Source: an uncultured Gammaproteobacteria bacterium (lineage in GTDB: Bacteria; Patescibacteriota; Patescibacteriia; UBA1558; GWA2-36-10). Taken from it: DNA of 64,000 nt. The position numbers were made by a program, and so were the translations under genes. How positions within the stretch are numbered: position 1 is the first letter of the stretch; each line of letters opens with the position of its first letter. Location: contig CAZWIT010000002.1 of the NCBI GenBank assembly GCA_964633905.1, forward strand, positions 128,833 through 192,832, given 5' to 3'. The notes under the pieces were generated by a model. The model did not search any database and was not told where the DNA came from. It saw only the letters and a list, made by a program, of their open reading frames with translations. Positions 10,280 through 18,378 of the stretch are shown here, piece by piece.

Positions 10280-11015
10280 AAAAACCCAGGCAGAAATAGA
10301 AATTTTAGCTGTTGGCGGTCAGATTTTAGCCAATATTTTAAATCATCTTGCCAGTCTAGTTAAGCCTGGAATTACTGGTTATGAATTAGATCGTATTGCT
10401 GAAGAAATGATTAAAAAAGCTGGCGGTCAAGCAGCCTTTAAAAATTATAATGGCTTTCCTAATGCCTTATGTTTTTCTGTTAATAAAACAGTAGTTCACG
10501 GCATACCTAATCAGACCCCGCTTAAAGAGGGTGATATAGTAGGACTAGATTTAGGTTTAAAATATAAAGGTTTGTATACTGACGCAGCTTTGACTGTAGC
10601 AGTGGGCAAGGTTAGTAAAGCTGCCCAAAAATTGATAAAAACAACTGTCCAGGCCCTAAACATTGCTTTACAGCAAGTTAAGCCTGGTAATGATGTAAAT
10701 GACATTGGTAAGGCCGTAGAAAGCTATATAAGGCCTTTTGGCTATGGTATTGTGAGAGATTTGGCTGGCCATGGGGTGGGTAGAGCTGTGCATGAAGATC
10801 CTTGGGTGCCTAATTTTGATTTTGGTAAAAATATTGGAAAATTATATCCAGGTCTAGTGATTGCCATTGAACCAATGATTATTTTGGGTGGAAATGATAG
10901 GGTAGTAACTGCAGCTGATAATTGGGGCATAGAAACTTTTGATCAAAGTTTAGCTGCTCATTTTGAGCACACAGTGGCTGTCACTGAATCTGGCTATCAA
11001 ATTTTGACTAAATAG
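10269..11015 (+). CDS. map: Methionine aminopeptidase type I
   Basis: SVNKTVVHGIP, GDIVGLDLG, YTDAALT, GHGVG..VHEDP, AIEPM, AAHFEHTV. Confidence 0.98.
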   Translation: MWDKKTQAEIEILAVGGQILANILNHLASLVKPGITGYELDRIAEEMIKKAGGQAAFKNYNGFPNALCFSVNKTVVHGIPNQTPLKEGDIVGLDLGLKYKGLYTDAALTVAVGKVSKAAQKLIKTTVQALNIALQQVKPGNDVNDIGKAVESYIRPFGYGIVRDLAGHGVGRAVHEDPWVPNFDFGKNIGKLYPGLVIAIEPMIILGGNDRVVTAADNWGIETFDQSLAAHFEHTVAVTESGYQILTK

Positions 11016-11017
11016 TT

Positions 11018-11404
11018 ATGAAAAAATATTTAGGCATTGATTATGGTGATAAACGGGTTGGCTTAGCCCTGGCTGCTGAAGCTAGTATTGCCTTGCCTTA
11101 TAAAGTGTTATTAAATAATAACTTGGAACAACTACTACTTGATTTACAGAAAATTGTTGAACAAGAAAATATTAGTTTAATAGTAGTTGGCTTGCCTCAT
11201 AGTTTATCCGGTAATTTAAATCAGCGCTTAGCTATCACGCAAAGATTTATTGATATTTTAAAAGTCAAAATAACGGTGCCAGTAGTAACAGTTGATGAGC
11301 AAATGAGCTCAAAATTATATGAACGTCAAGGTGTTAAAAAAGATATTGATAAATATGCGGCTAGCGCAATTTTAGATACTTATTTGACTCAGCATCATGT
11401 TTAA
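11018..11404 (+). CDS. ruvX: YqgF/RuvX RNase H-fold nuclease (pre-16S rRNA processing)
   Basis: YLGIDYGDKRVGLA, IVVGLP, VDEQMSS, IDKYAASAIL. Confidence 0.93.
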   Translation: MKKYLGIDYGDKRVGLALAAEASIALPYKVLLNNNLEQLLLDLQKIVEQENISLIVVGLPHSLSGNLNQRLAITQRFIDILKVKITVPVVTVDEQMSSKLYERQGVKKDIDKYAASAILDTYLTQHHV

Positions 11405-12449
11405 TTATTTACAAGTTATTTTAATTTTTTTGGCTAGTTTAACACTGAGCATTGTTTTAACTGGCTTTTTTATTTATGTAGCTAAAAAAATCAACTTAGT
11501 AGATAGAGCCGGTGTTTTGGAGCGTAAAATTCATAATAAAAATATAGCCTTAGGCGGTGGGCTTGGTATTTTTTTGGCTTGGATATTAATGATTATTATT
11601 TTATGGCAGTTCAAAATATTACCAGATCAACGTTTTAATGTTAATTTATTATTTTGGGTTTTTGTTAGCAGTCTAGTATTAATGATTAATGGTTTGTTGG
11701 ATGATAAATATGCTAGACCAGCTAAGCTTACTATTTTAGGGCCACTATTGGCTATTATTATTGTATTGTTAGCGGGTTTAAAAATAAGTTATATTACTAA
11801 TCCAGCTGGTGGTATTTTGTATTTAAATCAATGGGGTTTTGGTTTAAGCCTTATTTTGACATTTTTATGGCTTTTGGGCATGACTTATACCACTAAACTA
11901 TTAGATGGATTAGATGGCTTGGCTGCAAGTATTAGCATGATTGCGGCTTTAGCTATTTTTGTGGTTAGCTTATCGTGGGATGTTAGTAACTCTACTACTT
12001 CTTGGTTAAGTTTAGTTCTAGCAGGTGCAATTTTTGGTTTCCTAATATGGAATTGGCACCCAGCTAAAGTTTTTTTAGGAGAAGGTGGTAGCACCTGGCT
12101 CGGTTTTATTTTGGGTGTGCTGGCCATAATTTCGGGGAGCAAGATAGCTACTGCCTTGCTAGTTATGGGTTTGCCGGTTTTAGATATTTTGATTGTAATG
12201 CTTCGCAGGATTAAAAAAGGCAAAGCAATTTGGCAAGGCGATCAAGAACATTTGCATTTCAGGCTGCTGGCAGCCGGCATGTCGCAGCGCCAAACGGTAT
12301 TATTTTTCTGTTTAGTTAGTTTATTGTTTGGTATTTCTGCGATATTTTTTTATACAAAAGTAAAAATAATTGCTCTAAGCTGTTTGGTTATTTTTGTTTT
12401 GTATTTTAGTAATTATTTAGATAAAATTATAAAAAATAAAAATATATGA
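11397..12449 (+). CDS. Polyprenyl-phosphate N-acetylhexosamine-1-phosphate transferase (WecA/TagO/MraY family)
   Basis: RKIH...ALGGGL, GLLDD, LDGLDGLA, WNWHPAKVFLGEGGS, GDQEHLHFRL; multiple TM helices. Confidence 0.9.
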   Translation: MFNYLQVILIFLASLTLSIVLTGFFIYVAKKINLVDRAGVLERKIHNKNIALGGGLGIFLAWILMIIILWQFKILPDQRFNVNLLFWVFVSSLVLMINGLLDDKYARPAKLTILGPLLAIIIVLLAGLKISYITNPAGGILYLNQWGFGLSLILTFLWLLGMTYTTKLLDGLDGLAASISMIAALAIFVVSLSWDVSNSTTSWLSLVLAGAIFGFLIWNWHPAKVFLGEGGSTWLGFILGVLAIISGSKIATALLVMGLPVLDILIVMLRRIKKGKAIWQGDQEHLHFRLLAAGMSQRQTVLFFCLVSLLFGISAIFFYTKVKIIALSCLVIFVLYFSNYLDKIIKNKNI

Positions 12450-13000
12450 TTAACAATGACTTTTCCAGTAGGATGAAATTAAATAAATATATTATTTTTA
12501 TTTTATTTATTATCATGCTGGCTATTTTTTGGGTAGTGGTGAGTAAACAAGTAAAACCACAGTCCTTGTCGCCGCTAGATCAAAATAATACTAGTCAGCA
12601 GACAGATCAAGCGCGAGCTATATTAAACGGCAAGGTTTTTGTTTTAGAAGTTATGGATACTCCTGATAAACAAAGAGAGGGCTTATCTGGTAGGGATAGT
12701 ATAGATAAAGATCAGGCAATGTTATTTGTATTTGATCAGGCTAAGATTATGGATTTTTGGATGAAGGATATGAAATTTAATATAGATTTATTGTGGATTA
12801 AGGGTGATGAGATAGTAGCCTGGGAAAAGAATATGTTAGCTCCAGACCCCAATTTACCAGATGATAAATTAAAGCACTATACTTCTCCTTTTCCAGTTGA
12901 TAAGGTTTTAGAGTTAAAAAGTGGCACAATTGATGATTTATCCTTAAAAATTAACGATAAAGTAGAATTATTAAATTTGCCTAATAACTTGAATAATTAA
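12446..13000 (+). CDS. DUF192 family membrane-anchored protein
   Basis: N-terminal TM; LEVMDTP..R.GLSGR, MLFVF, FWMKDMKFNIDLLWI, VLELKSG. Confidence 0.88.
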   Translation: MINNDFSSRMKLNKYIIFILFIIMLAIFWVVVSKQVKPQSLSPLDQNNTSQQTDQARAILNGKVFVLEVMDTPDKQREGLSGRDSIDKDQAMLFVFDQAKIMDFWMKDMKFNIDLLWIKGDEIVAWEKNMLAPDPNLPDDKLKHYTSPFPVDKVLELKSGTIDDLSLKINDKVELLNLPNNLNN

Positions 13001-13015
13001 TGATTATTTGTTAAG

Positions 13016-13423
13016 ATGTGGGGTCAGCATAAACATAAAATTATCAAAGTATTAATACTCGTTTTGGTGCTAGCAGGTGCTTGGTATTGGGCAAATAATT
13101 TTAGGCAAGATGCTATTGATAGTCAAGCGGATTATATAGATACGGTTAGGCCTTGGTTTAAAGAAGTTGATAAGAATTATAGTTTAGATCAAATTGCTAA
13201 TGTGCGTAATAAATTATTGTATTTAAATAGCAAAGAAAAGTCTATTGGCGATAGTCACTTGAATTTATTTTTAGCCTTTGATGCTTGGCAGCAGTATTTG
13301 GAAAGTAATAATCCAGAGTTACAACGTCAGGCAGATAAGTTTTTTGAACAAGCGGCAATTTCTTTACCACCACTGCACAATGAGATTAATAGATTACAAA
13401 CAATTTTATTAGGCGATGTTTAA
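13016..13423 (+). CDS. Hypothetical protein with N-terminal membrane anchor
   Basis: Tightly packed ORF in operon; hydrophobic VLILVLVLAGAWYW then helical domain. Confidence 0.7.
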   Translation: MWGQHKHKIIKVLILVLVLAGAWYWANNFRQDAIDSQADYIDTVRPWFKEVDKNYSLDQIANVRNKLLYLNSKEKSIGDSHLNLFLAFDAWQQYLESNNPELQRQADKFFEQAAISLPPLHNEINRLQTILLGDV

Positions 13424-14147
13424 AACTATTTTACCATGGTTAACAGCTTTTATTACACTCCTGGCTTGGTGGCTATTTTTTAGTCAAACCAAAAGTTTAT
13501 GGTGGGTTTTGATTGTTTCAATCTTATTGATACTTTGGACAGCTAGACGTATAGCTGGACCTTTGTTTTGGCAATATAAACTATCTTGGCTTAATATTAT
13601 TTTTATTTATTTATCCCAAAGTTTATTTTTACTTTTATTAAAATCAAATAATTTACGCTTTGGTTTATCTTTTTGGCTAGCGCTTTTATGGGCTTTTATT
13701 TGGTGGTTTTGGCAGCAATATTTTCGCAAAGTCCATATTGCCTTACTGCAAGCTGACTATCTATCTTTTAATAAATTTTGGTATTATCTAAATTTTTGGT
13801 TTTTAGCCAGCGGTATTTATGCCTTGTTAGCTTTTATTAATTTGCCTTTATTATTAGCTTTCTTTATTATATTATTAGTAGGATTTAGCTTTTCCTTGGA
13901 GTTATTATTAAGGGAAAGAGTTTTTGTTTGGCGTTTATTATTGTTATGGTCATGGTTATTTTTACAAATAACAGCGGCTATTTCTTTATTACCAATTAGC
14001 TTTTATTTAGCCGGCGCTTTGCTTACTTTATGGTATTTTTTTCTAGACGAGGCTTGGCTTGAGTTAGGCCAAAAGTGGCATTGGTATACTAGTTTATTAT
14101 TAGCAGCTAATTTACTTATATTAATAATTACATTTTTATATATATAA
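13416..14147 (+). CDS. Hypothetical polytopic membrane protein, Trp/Leu-rich
   Basis: About 8-9 hydrophobic segments; overlaps upstream ORF. Confidence 0.7.
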   Translation: MFKTILPWLTAFITLLAWWLFFSQTKSLWWVLIVSILLILWTARRIAGPLFWQYKLSWLNIIFIYLSQSLFLLLLKSNNLRFGLSFWLALLWAFIWWFWQQYFRKVHIALLQADYLSFNKFWYYLNFWFLASGIYALLAFINLPLLLAFFIILLVGFSFSLELLLRERVFVWRLLLLWSWLFLQITAAISLLPISFYLAGALLTLWYFFLDEAWLELGQKWHWYTSLLLAANLLILIITFLYI

Positions 14148-14171
14148 ATATTCATTATTAATCTTATAGTT

Positions 14172-15257
14172 ATGCAAGAAACAAATACAGCCAATGATAG
14201 CCAAGATCGAAACAAGCATTTTGTTAGACCAACTTTTGAAAGACCGCCTTCTTTGGTTAGCTTTAGTCTGTTAGCCATTGTTTTGGGCCTACTGGCTGGT
14301 TTAGGTGGTTATTTAATAGGTAAGACTTGGCTGCCTACTAATTTAAGCTTTTTGAATTCACAGCCAGAGATTAAAATAAGCTTAGAACAACCATTGGTTG
14401 ATATGGCTACTAAAAATTTGGAAAGTGTTGCTGGTATTTATCGCCCAGTTAAAGTTAATGCCTTATTAGGGCAGCCTTTATTTACTGCTAGTGATCTTTT
14501 GGGGCAAGCAGCTGTTGTTACTTCTGATGGTTGGTTGATGACCAGTGATCAAATTTTAGTGGATAAACAATCCTTAGTTGTTTTAGGTAGTGAAATTTAT
14601 AACATCAAAGATATTAAAACTGATAAATTTAGTGGTCTTATTTTTATTAAAGTAGCAGCCAGCGGCTTAGTGCCGGTTAATTTTCAATTTACTAATGAGT
14701 TTAAAAAAGGGGAGACAGCCTTTACTATCTTTGATACGCCAAATAATATTGATAACACTTTTGCTAGCAGCATATTGTCTCAAGCCCACTATGTTAGAGA
14801 TAATACTTTGAGTACAGATATAATGGATTATTATTTACTATTAGATAAAAACGAAATTGTTTTAGGGGCTCCATATTTTAATACTAAGGGTGATTTATTG
14901 GGCTTAGGACACAAGGTAGCTGATGAGCCAGTTTTAATACCAGTAGAATATTTGCGCCAAGCAGTAAGGCATTTGCTTGATAACACCCAAAGGGTTGTTT
15001 GGGGTATTAGCTATTTAGATTTAGAAAATAATAGCGGCATACTTAGCAGTGGTAATGTTGTTAATTTAGCTCCAGCTAAAAATAGCCTAGCAGCCAAAGC
15101 CGGCTTACTGGCAGGGGATAGAATTAAAGCTGTTAACAATGACACTGTTTCTAAAGATCGTAGTTTAACTTCAATTCTTCAAAATTATCGTTCGGGGGAC
15201 AAGGTTATCTTAAAGGTTTTAAGATCAGGTGTTGAAATGGATATAGAGATTAAATAA
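14172..15257 (+). CDS. HtrA/DegP-like (S1C) membrane-anchored protein with PDZ domain, catalytic residues degenerate
   Basis: TM, AAVVTSDGWLMTSDQ (His missing), LGAPYFNTKGDLLGL (GNSGG lost), PDZ SLAAKAGLLAGDRIKAVN. Confidence 0.85.
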   Translation: MQETNTANDSQDRNKHFVRPTFERPPSLVSFSLLAIVLGLLAGLGGYLIGKTWLPTNLSFLNSQPEIKISLEQPLVDMATKNLESVAGIYRPVKVNALLGQPLFTASDLLGQAAVVTSDGWLMTSDQILVDKQSLVVLGSEIYNIKDIKTDKFSGLIFIKVAASGLVPVNFQFTNEFKKGETAFTIFDTPNNIDNTFASSILSQAHYVRDNTLSTDIMDYYLLLDKNEIVLGAPYFNTKGDLLGLGHKVADEPVLIPVEYLRQAVRHLLDNTQRVVWGISYLDLENNSGILSSGNVVNLAPAKNSLAAKAGLLAGDRIKAVNNDTVSKDRSLTSILQNYRSGDKVILKVLRSGVEMDIEIK

Positions 15258-15351
15258 AAATACCCCCTCTGTCCTAAAGGACATCTTCTCCTGTTAAGCT
15301 AAAGTTCATAAGCAAGCTAAATTAGGAGCAGATTATAGAGGGGGTATTTTT
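15256..15351. terminator. Bidirectional terminator with internal palindromic insert between convergent genes
   Basis: 15-bp arms aaaaataccccctct / agagggggtattttt enclosing gtcc-taaa-ggac and atct.ctcct...aggag.agat. Confidence 0.75.
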
Positions 15352-15635
15352 TATTCTGACTCTTTTTTATTAATCAGTTCTGGACTGGGGCTATATTTGC
15401 GATTGCGTATTTTCCATTGATCAACATATTGTCCTAAGCCTTGGCTTTTCAATAAATTAAAACGGCGAGTAGATTGTTGCGACCATTCAACCAAAGAATT
15501 AAAATTTATTTTATAGCGTCCTTTTACTACAATGTATTTTAATTCTTGGTTTTTTAAAGCTTGTCTAATAGTCTTAGTAGAAACACCAAAAAGTTTAGCA
15601 GCTTCAGAAACCGATAGTCTAATAATATTTTCCAT
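15351..15635 (-). CDS. Small excisionase-like (HTH_17/MerR-superfamily) DNA-binding protein
   Basis: LSVSEAAKLFGVSTKTIRQALKNQELKY...GRYKI...LVEW. Confidence 0.85.
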   Translation of the reverse strand: MENIIRLSVSEAAKLFGVSTKTIRQALKNQELKYIVVKGRYKINFNSLVEWSQQSTRRFNLLKSQGLGQYVDQWKIRNRKYSPSPELINKKESE

Positions 15636-15785
15636 AAAATAGTATTTAAGTATAGATTATTCTACACCTAAATCATAAAAAAAACAATCAAAAATTTATT
15701 ATTCATCACTTTGGAGAGCAGGTGAAGTGAGTTGAAACAATTGAATTTTATTGTATAACAAATGGACTTTATTAGTTTTCTAGTT

Positions 15786-15815
15786 TCCGCCATCCGCCGA
15801 TAGGCGGATGGCGGA
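15786..15815. repeat. GC-rich perfect palindrome (REP-like mini element)
   Basis: tccgccatccgcc-gata-ggcggatggcgga, 13-bp stem in an AT-rich intergenic region. Confidence 0.75.
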
Positions 15816-15910
15816 GGCCTCTTGAAATAACAATTAATTTGTATATTTTTTAGCTCTTATTTAATTGGATTTTTGCTAATTCTTATCAACAAATAGCTTA
15901 TTTTTAGGGG

Positions 15911-15939
15911 TTTACATATTCTTAATTTAATGTTATAAT
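15911..15939 (+). promoter_or_regulatory. Housekeeping sigma promoter upstream of ECF sigma gene
   Basis: TTTACA-N17-TATAAT with extended TG at 15931. Confidence 0.6.
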
Positions 15940-16004
15940 TTATAAAATATAATACACATATTTTGGAATAAGCTATTTTTCGTTTGTTTTTATAGTTATT
16001 TTAG

Positions 16005-16034
16005 TGTAATATTTAGCCTTATATTACGTCTCTA
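16005..16034 (+). promoter_or_regulatory. Putative ECF-type autoregulatory promoter
   Basis: TGTAAT-N16-CGTCTCTA directly before ATG 16038; resembles SigX/SigW/SigM-type TG(T/A)AAC-N16/17-CGT consensus. Confidence 0.6.
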
Positions 16035-16037
16035 TTT

Positions 16038-16592
16038 ATGAGCAACTGGAAGTACAATTTACAAGAGAAGATCGTTTTCTTAAAGCTCAAGTCTGGCGAT
16101 TCTGATGCTTTTTCTTTTTTCTACGACCAGTATGTTACTCGAATTTACCGTTTTGTTTTTATCAAAGTATCAAATAAGCAAGTTGCCGAGGACTTAACAC
16201 AAGAAATTTTCTTAAAAGTCTGGCAGCACTTAGTTGATAAAAAGGATATTCAAAATTTTCAAGCTTTTATCTTTAGAGTAGCTCGTAACTCTATTATAGA
16301 TTATTATCGTCGGGCTTATCGTCAAGAATTACCTCTGGACTATATAGACGAAACTAAACACGAAGCCTTGCTTGATGATAAAACAGAAAATTTAGATAAA
16401 TCTCTAGATTCAGAAAAATTGCTCAAGCAATTAAAATCCTTAAAAGCAGAATATCAAGAAGTTTTACTCTTGCGTTATGTAGAGGATATGTCTATAGAAG
16501 ATATTGCCAGTATTTTACAAAAAGATAAAAATAATGTGCGCGTCTTAATTCATCGCGCTCTAGCTAAGCTCAAAGACTTAGCCAACAAATAA
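16038..16592 (+). CDS. ECF RNA polymerase sigma factor (SigW/RpoE-like)
   Basis: Region 2 AEDLTQEIFLKVW...FQAFIFRVARNSIIDYYR; region 4 YQEVLLLRYVEDMSIEDIASIL...NNVRVLIHRAL. Confidence 0.95.
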   Translation: MSNWKYNLQEKIVFLKLKSGDSDAFSFFYDQYVTRIYRFVFIKVSNKQVAEDLTQEIFLKVWQHLVDKKDIQNFQAFIFRVARNSIIDYYRRAYRQELPLDYIDETKHEALLDDKTENLDKSLDSEKLLKQLKSLKAEYQEVLLLRYVEDMSIEDIASILQKDKNNVRVLIHRALAKLKDLANK

Positions 16593-16598
16593 TATACT

Positions 16599-17951
16599 AT
16601 GATGATTAGCAAAAAATTAAACCAACTTAAAGACTTGCCTGATCTACAGCCGGATTATACCTGGGTGCAAGCTACTAAGTACAATTTACTGTTGGATATC
16701 AATGCCCAAAATCGTATGCGTCAAGCTCAAAAATTAGAATGGCGTGAACGTTTTGGTATTTTTGGTTTGACTTTTGGTGTAAAACTAATGCAATCAGCTA
16801 GCAAATTAATTGCTATGTTTTTGGTGATATCTTTGGGCTCTGGTATTAGTTTAGCTGCTCAGGCTTCAGTGCCAGGTGAAATGTTATGGCCAGTCAAGAG
16901 GTCTCTAGAAAAAGCCGAGGTCACTTTGACCATGAGTCCAGTCAAAGAAACAGAAATTCACATTAAGCATATCAATACTCGTCTTGATGAAATGGATCAA
17001 ATCTTAAATGAAGATAACACCAAAAATGATGCTCAAAAGGAAAAGGCTATTAAACAAGCTGCTAAATATCTAGAAAAAGATGTAGCGGCTGCTAATACCT
17101 CTTTGAAAGTTGCTAAAGAAGAAACTGATCCGATAGCTGTAGTGGTGCTGGCTGAAAAGCTTACTAACTCCGCTAAAGAAGTAGCCTCTAACCTAGAAAG
17201 CAAATCAAATAATTCTCCCGATCAAGTTATTAGCGAAGTCTTAGATAGCGCTAAGAAAGTCAATCAAGAAGCCAAAACTTCAGCGGTAAGTTTAGCTTTA
17301 GAGGTGCATGAACAAGTGGTAGCCGAAGCTGTTAAGCAAGATAATAATAAAGACTTGACCATCAATGCTACTAGCTCTAGCGCTCAATTAAGTACTGATA
17401 ACCCCAAGATTCAAGAATTGAAAAATGTTACCGAAGTAATTATCAAAATACTGGATTCAGAAATTAAAGATTTATCTTCGGAAGTGCAAAGCACTAAAGC
17501 CAAAGTAGAAAAAGTAGAAAGTGCTGATGCCAAAAGTGAGCTTAATATCAAAAATATTAAAGTTGACGGACAAATATTATCTGGCACTGATGCTTTGAAA
17601 AATAGCGGTCAACAGGCTGCTGAGGGTTTAAGCAAGGCCAAAGATCTTTTGGATCAAGGTGCTTTAAAAGATTCATTGGATAAGATTGCTGAAGTCAAAG
17701 TAGCTACTAAGACTACGGAAACAGTTTTAAAGCAAATTCAAGCTATTGCTGATGAAGCCAGTGTTAAGCCAGTAGTTATGCCTACTAGCACTAAACCAGT
17801 ACTGACTAGCACTACTACTAAAGCAACTACTACTAATAGCATTATCAAGTCAGATGGTGGTGAAGAAGTATTGCCAGACAGTAGTCTAGATATTAAAGCA
17901 GAGGATGGTATTCAAACAGAAGAAATAGATAATAGTAATTTAATAAATTAA
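16599..17951 (+). CDS. Probable anti-sigma factor, single TM plus DUF5667-like helical extracytoplasmic domain
   Basis: Follows ECF sigma; TM then AAQASVPGEMLWPVKRSLEK...RLDEM motif, long helical region and Thr-rich tail. Confidence 0.7.
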   Translation: MMISKKLNQLKDLPDLQPDYTWVQATKYNLLLDINAQNRMRQAQKLEWRERFGIFGLTFGVKLMQSASKLIAMFLVISLGSGISLAAQASVPGEMLWPVKRSLEKAEVTLTMSPVKETEIHIKHINTRLDEMDQILNEDNTKNDAQKEKAIKQAAKYLEKDVAAANTSLKVAKEETDPIAVVVLAEKLTNSAKEVASNLESKSNNSPDQVISEVLDSAKKVNQEAKTSAVSLALEVHEQVVAEAVKQDNNKDLTINATSSSAQLSTDNPKIQELKNVTEVIIKILDSEIKDLSSEVQSTKAKVEKVESADAKSELNIKNIKVDGQILSGTDALKNSGQQAAEGLSKAKDLLDQGALKDSLDKIAEVKVATKTTETVLKQIQAIADEASVKPVVMPTSTKPVLTSTTTKATTTNSIIKSDGGEEVLPDSSLDIKAEDGIQTEEIDNSNLIN

Positions 17952-17966
17952 TTATTAATTAAAAAA

Positions 17967-18300
17967 TTCCTAAAGTTGTGAAGCGTGTATGGTTTAGTCG
18001 GCCATAAGATAGGATAGGGGCAAATGATTCCGTCATTCCCGCGTAGGCGGGAATCCCATTGAATTGACATTAAGTTAAATGGAGATACTGAAATAAATTC
18101 AGGATGACTGCATCAACTGTCCCTAGCTTATCGCTAAATCGCGCGCGACTTAGGGAAGCTCTCAATGTCCGTACGGCAAAGAGAGTATCTAATTTGGTGT
18201 TCTTTTATAAATTTTTAAAGTGAAAAGACTAAGCCCAAGGCTTTTGATGACCAGAAAGGTCGGCTCTTAACAAAAGAGGGTGTCAAAAAATTTGGTTTAG
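17967..18300 (+). ncRNA. Putative structured 5' leader of the S-layer-like gene
   Basis: Long imperfect stem 17967-18157, hairpin 18159-18185, multibranch domain 18229-18300; G-U pairs favour + strand RNA. Confidence 0.45.
18031..18108. repeat. CGTC-tagged REP-like bipartite palindrome (dRS3-like)
   Basis: cgtcattcccgcgtaggcgggaatcc ... gagatactgaaataaattcaggatgac. Confidence 0.8.
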
Positions 18301-18378
18301 CCTGGCTAGAGTTTAGCGAGGTGCTTGGGAACTTGCCTTTAAGAAAATGTAAAGAACATTTATTAATTAAAACTAAAC

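Noticed and set aside
15351-15635. Excisionase-like HTH as marker of a prophage or integrative element
   Set aside because: No integrase, att-like repeats, tRNA or phage genes nearby
18064-18089. TTGACA...GATACT as S-layer promoter
   Set aside because: Spacer is only 14 nt and both boxes lie inside the REP-like element
17967-18300. Leader as a known riboswitch, tRNA, T-box or CRISPR array
   Set aside because: No recognisable consensus for these families and no regularly spaced direct repeats; no rRNA, tRNA or CRISPR seen anywhere in the window
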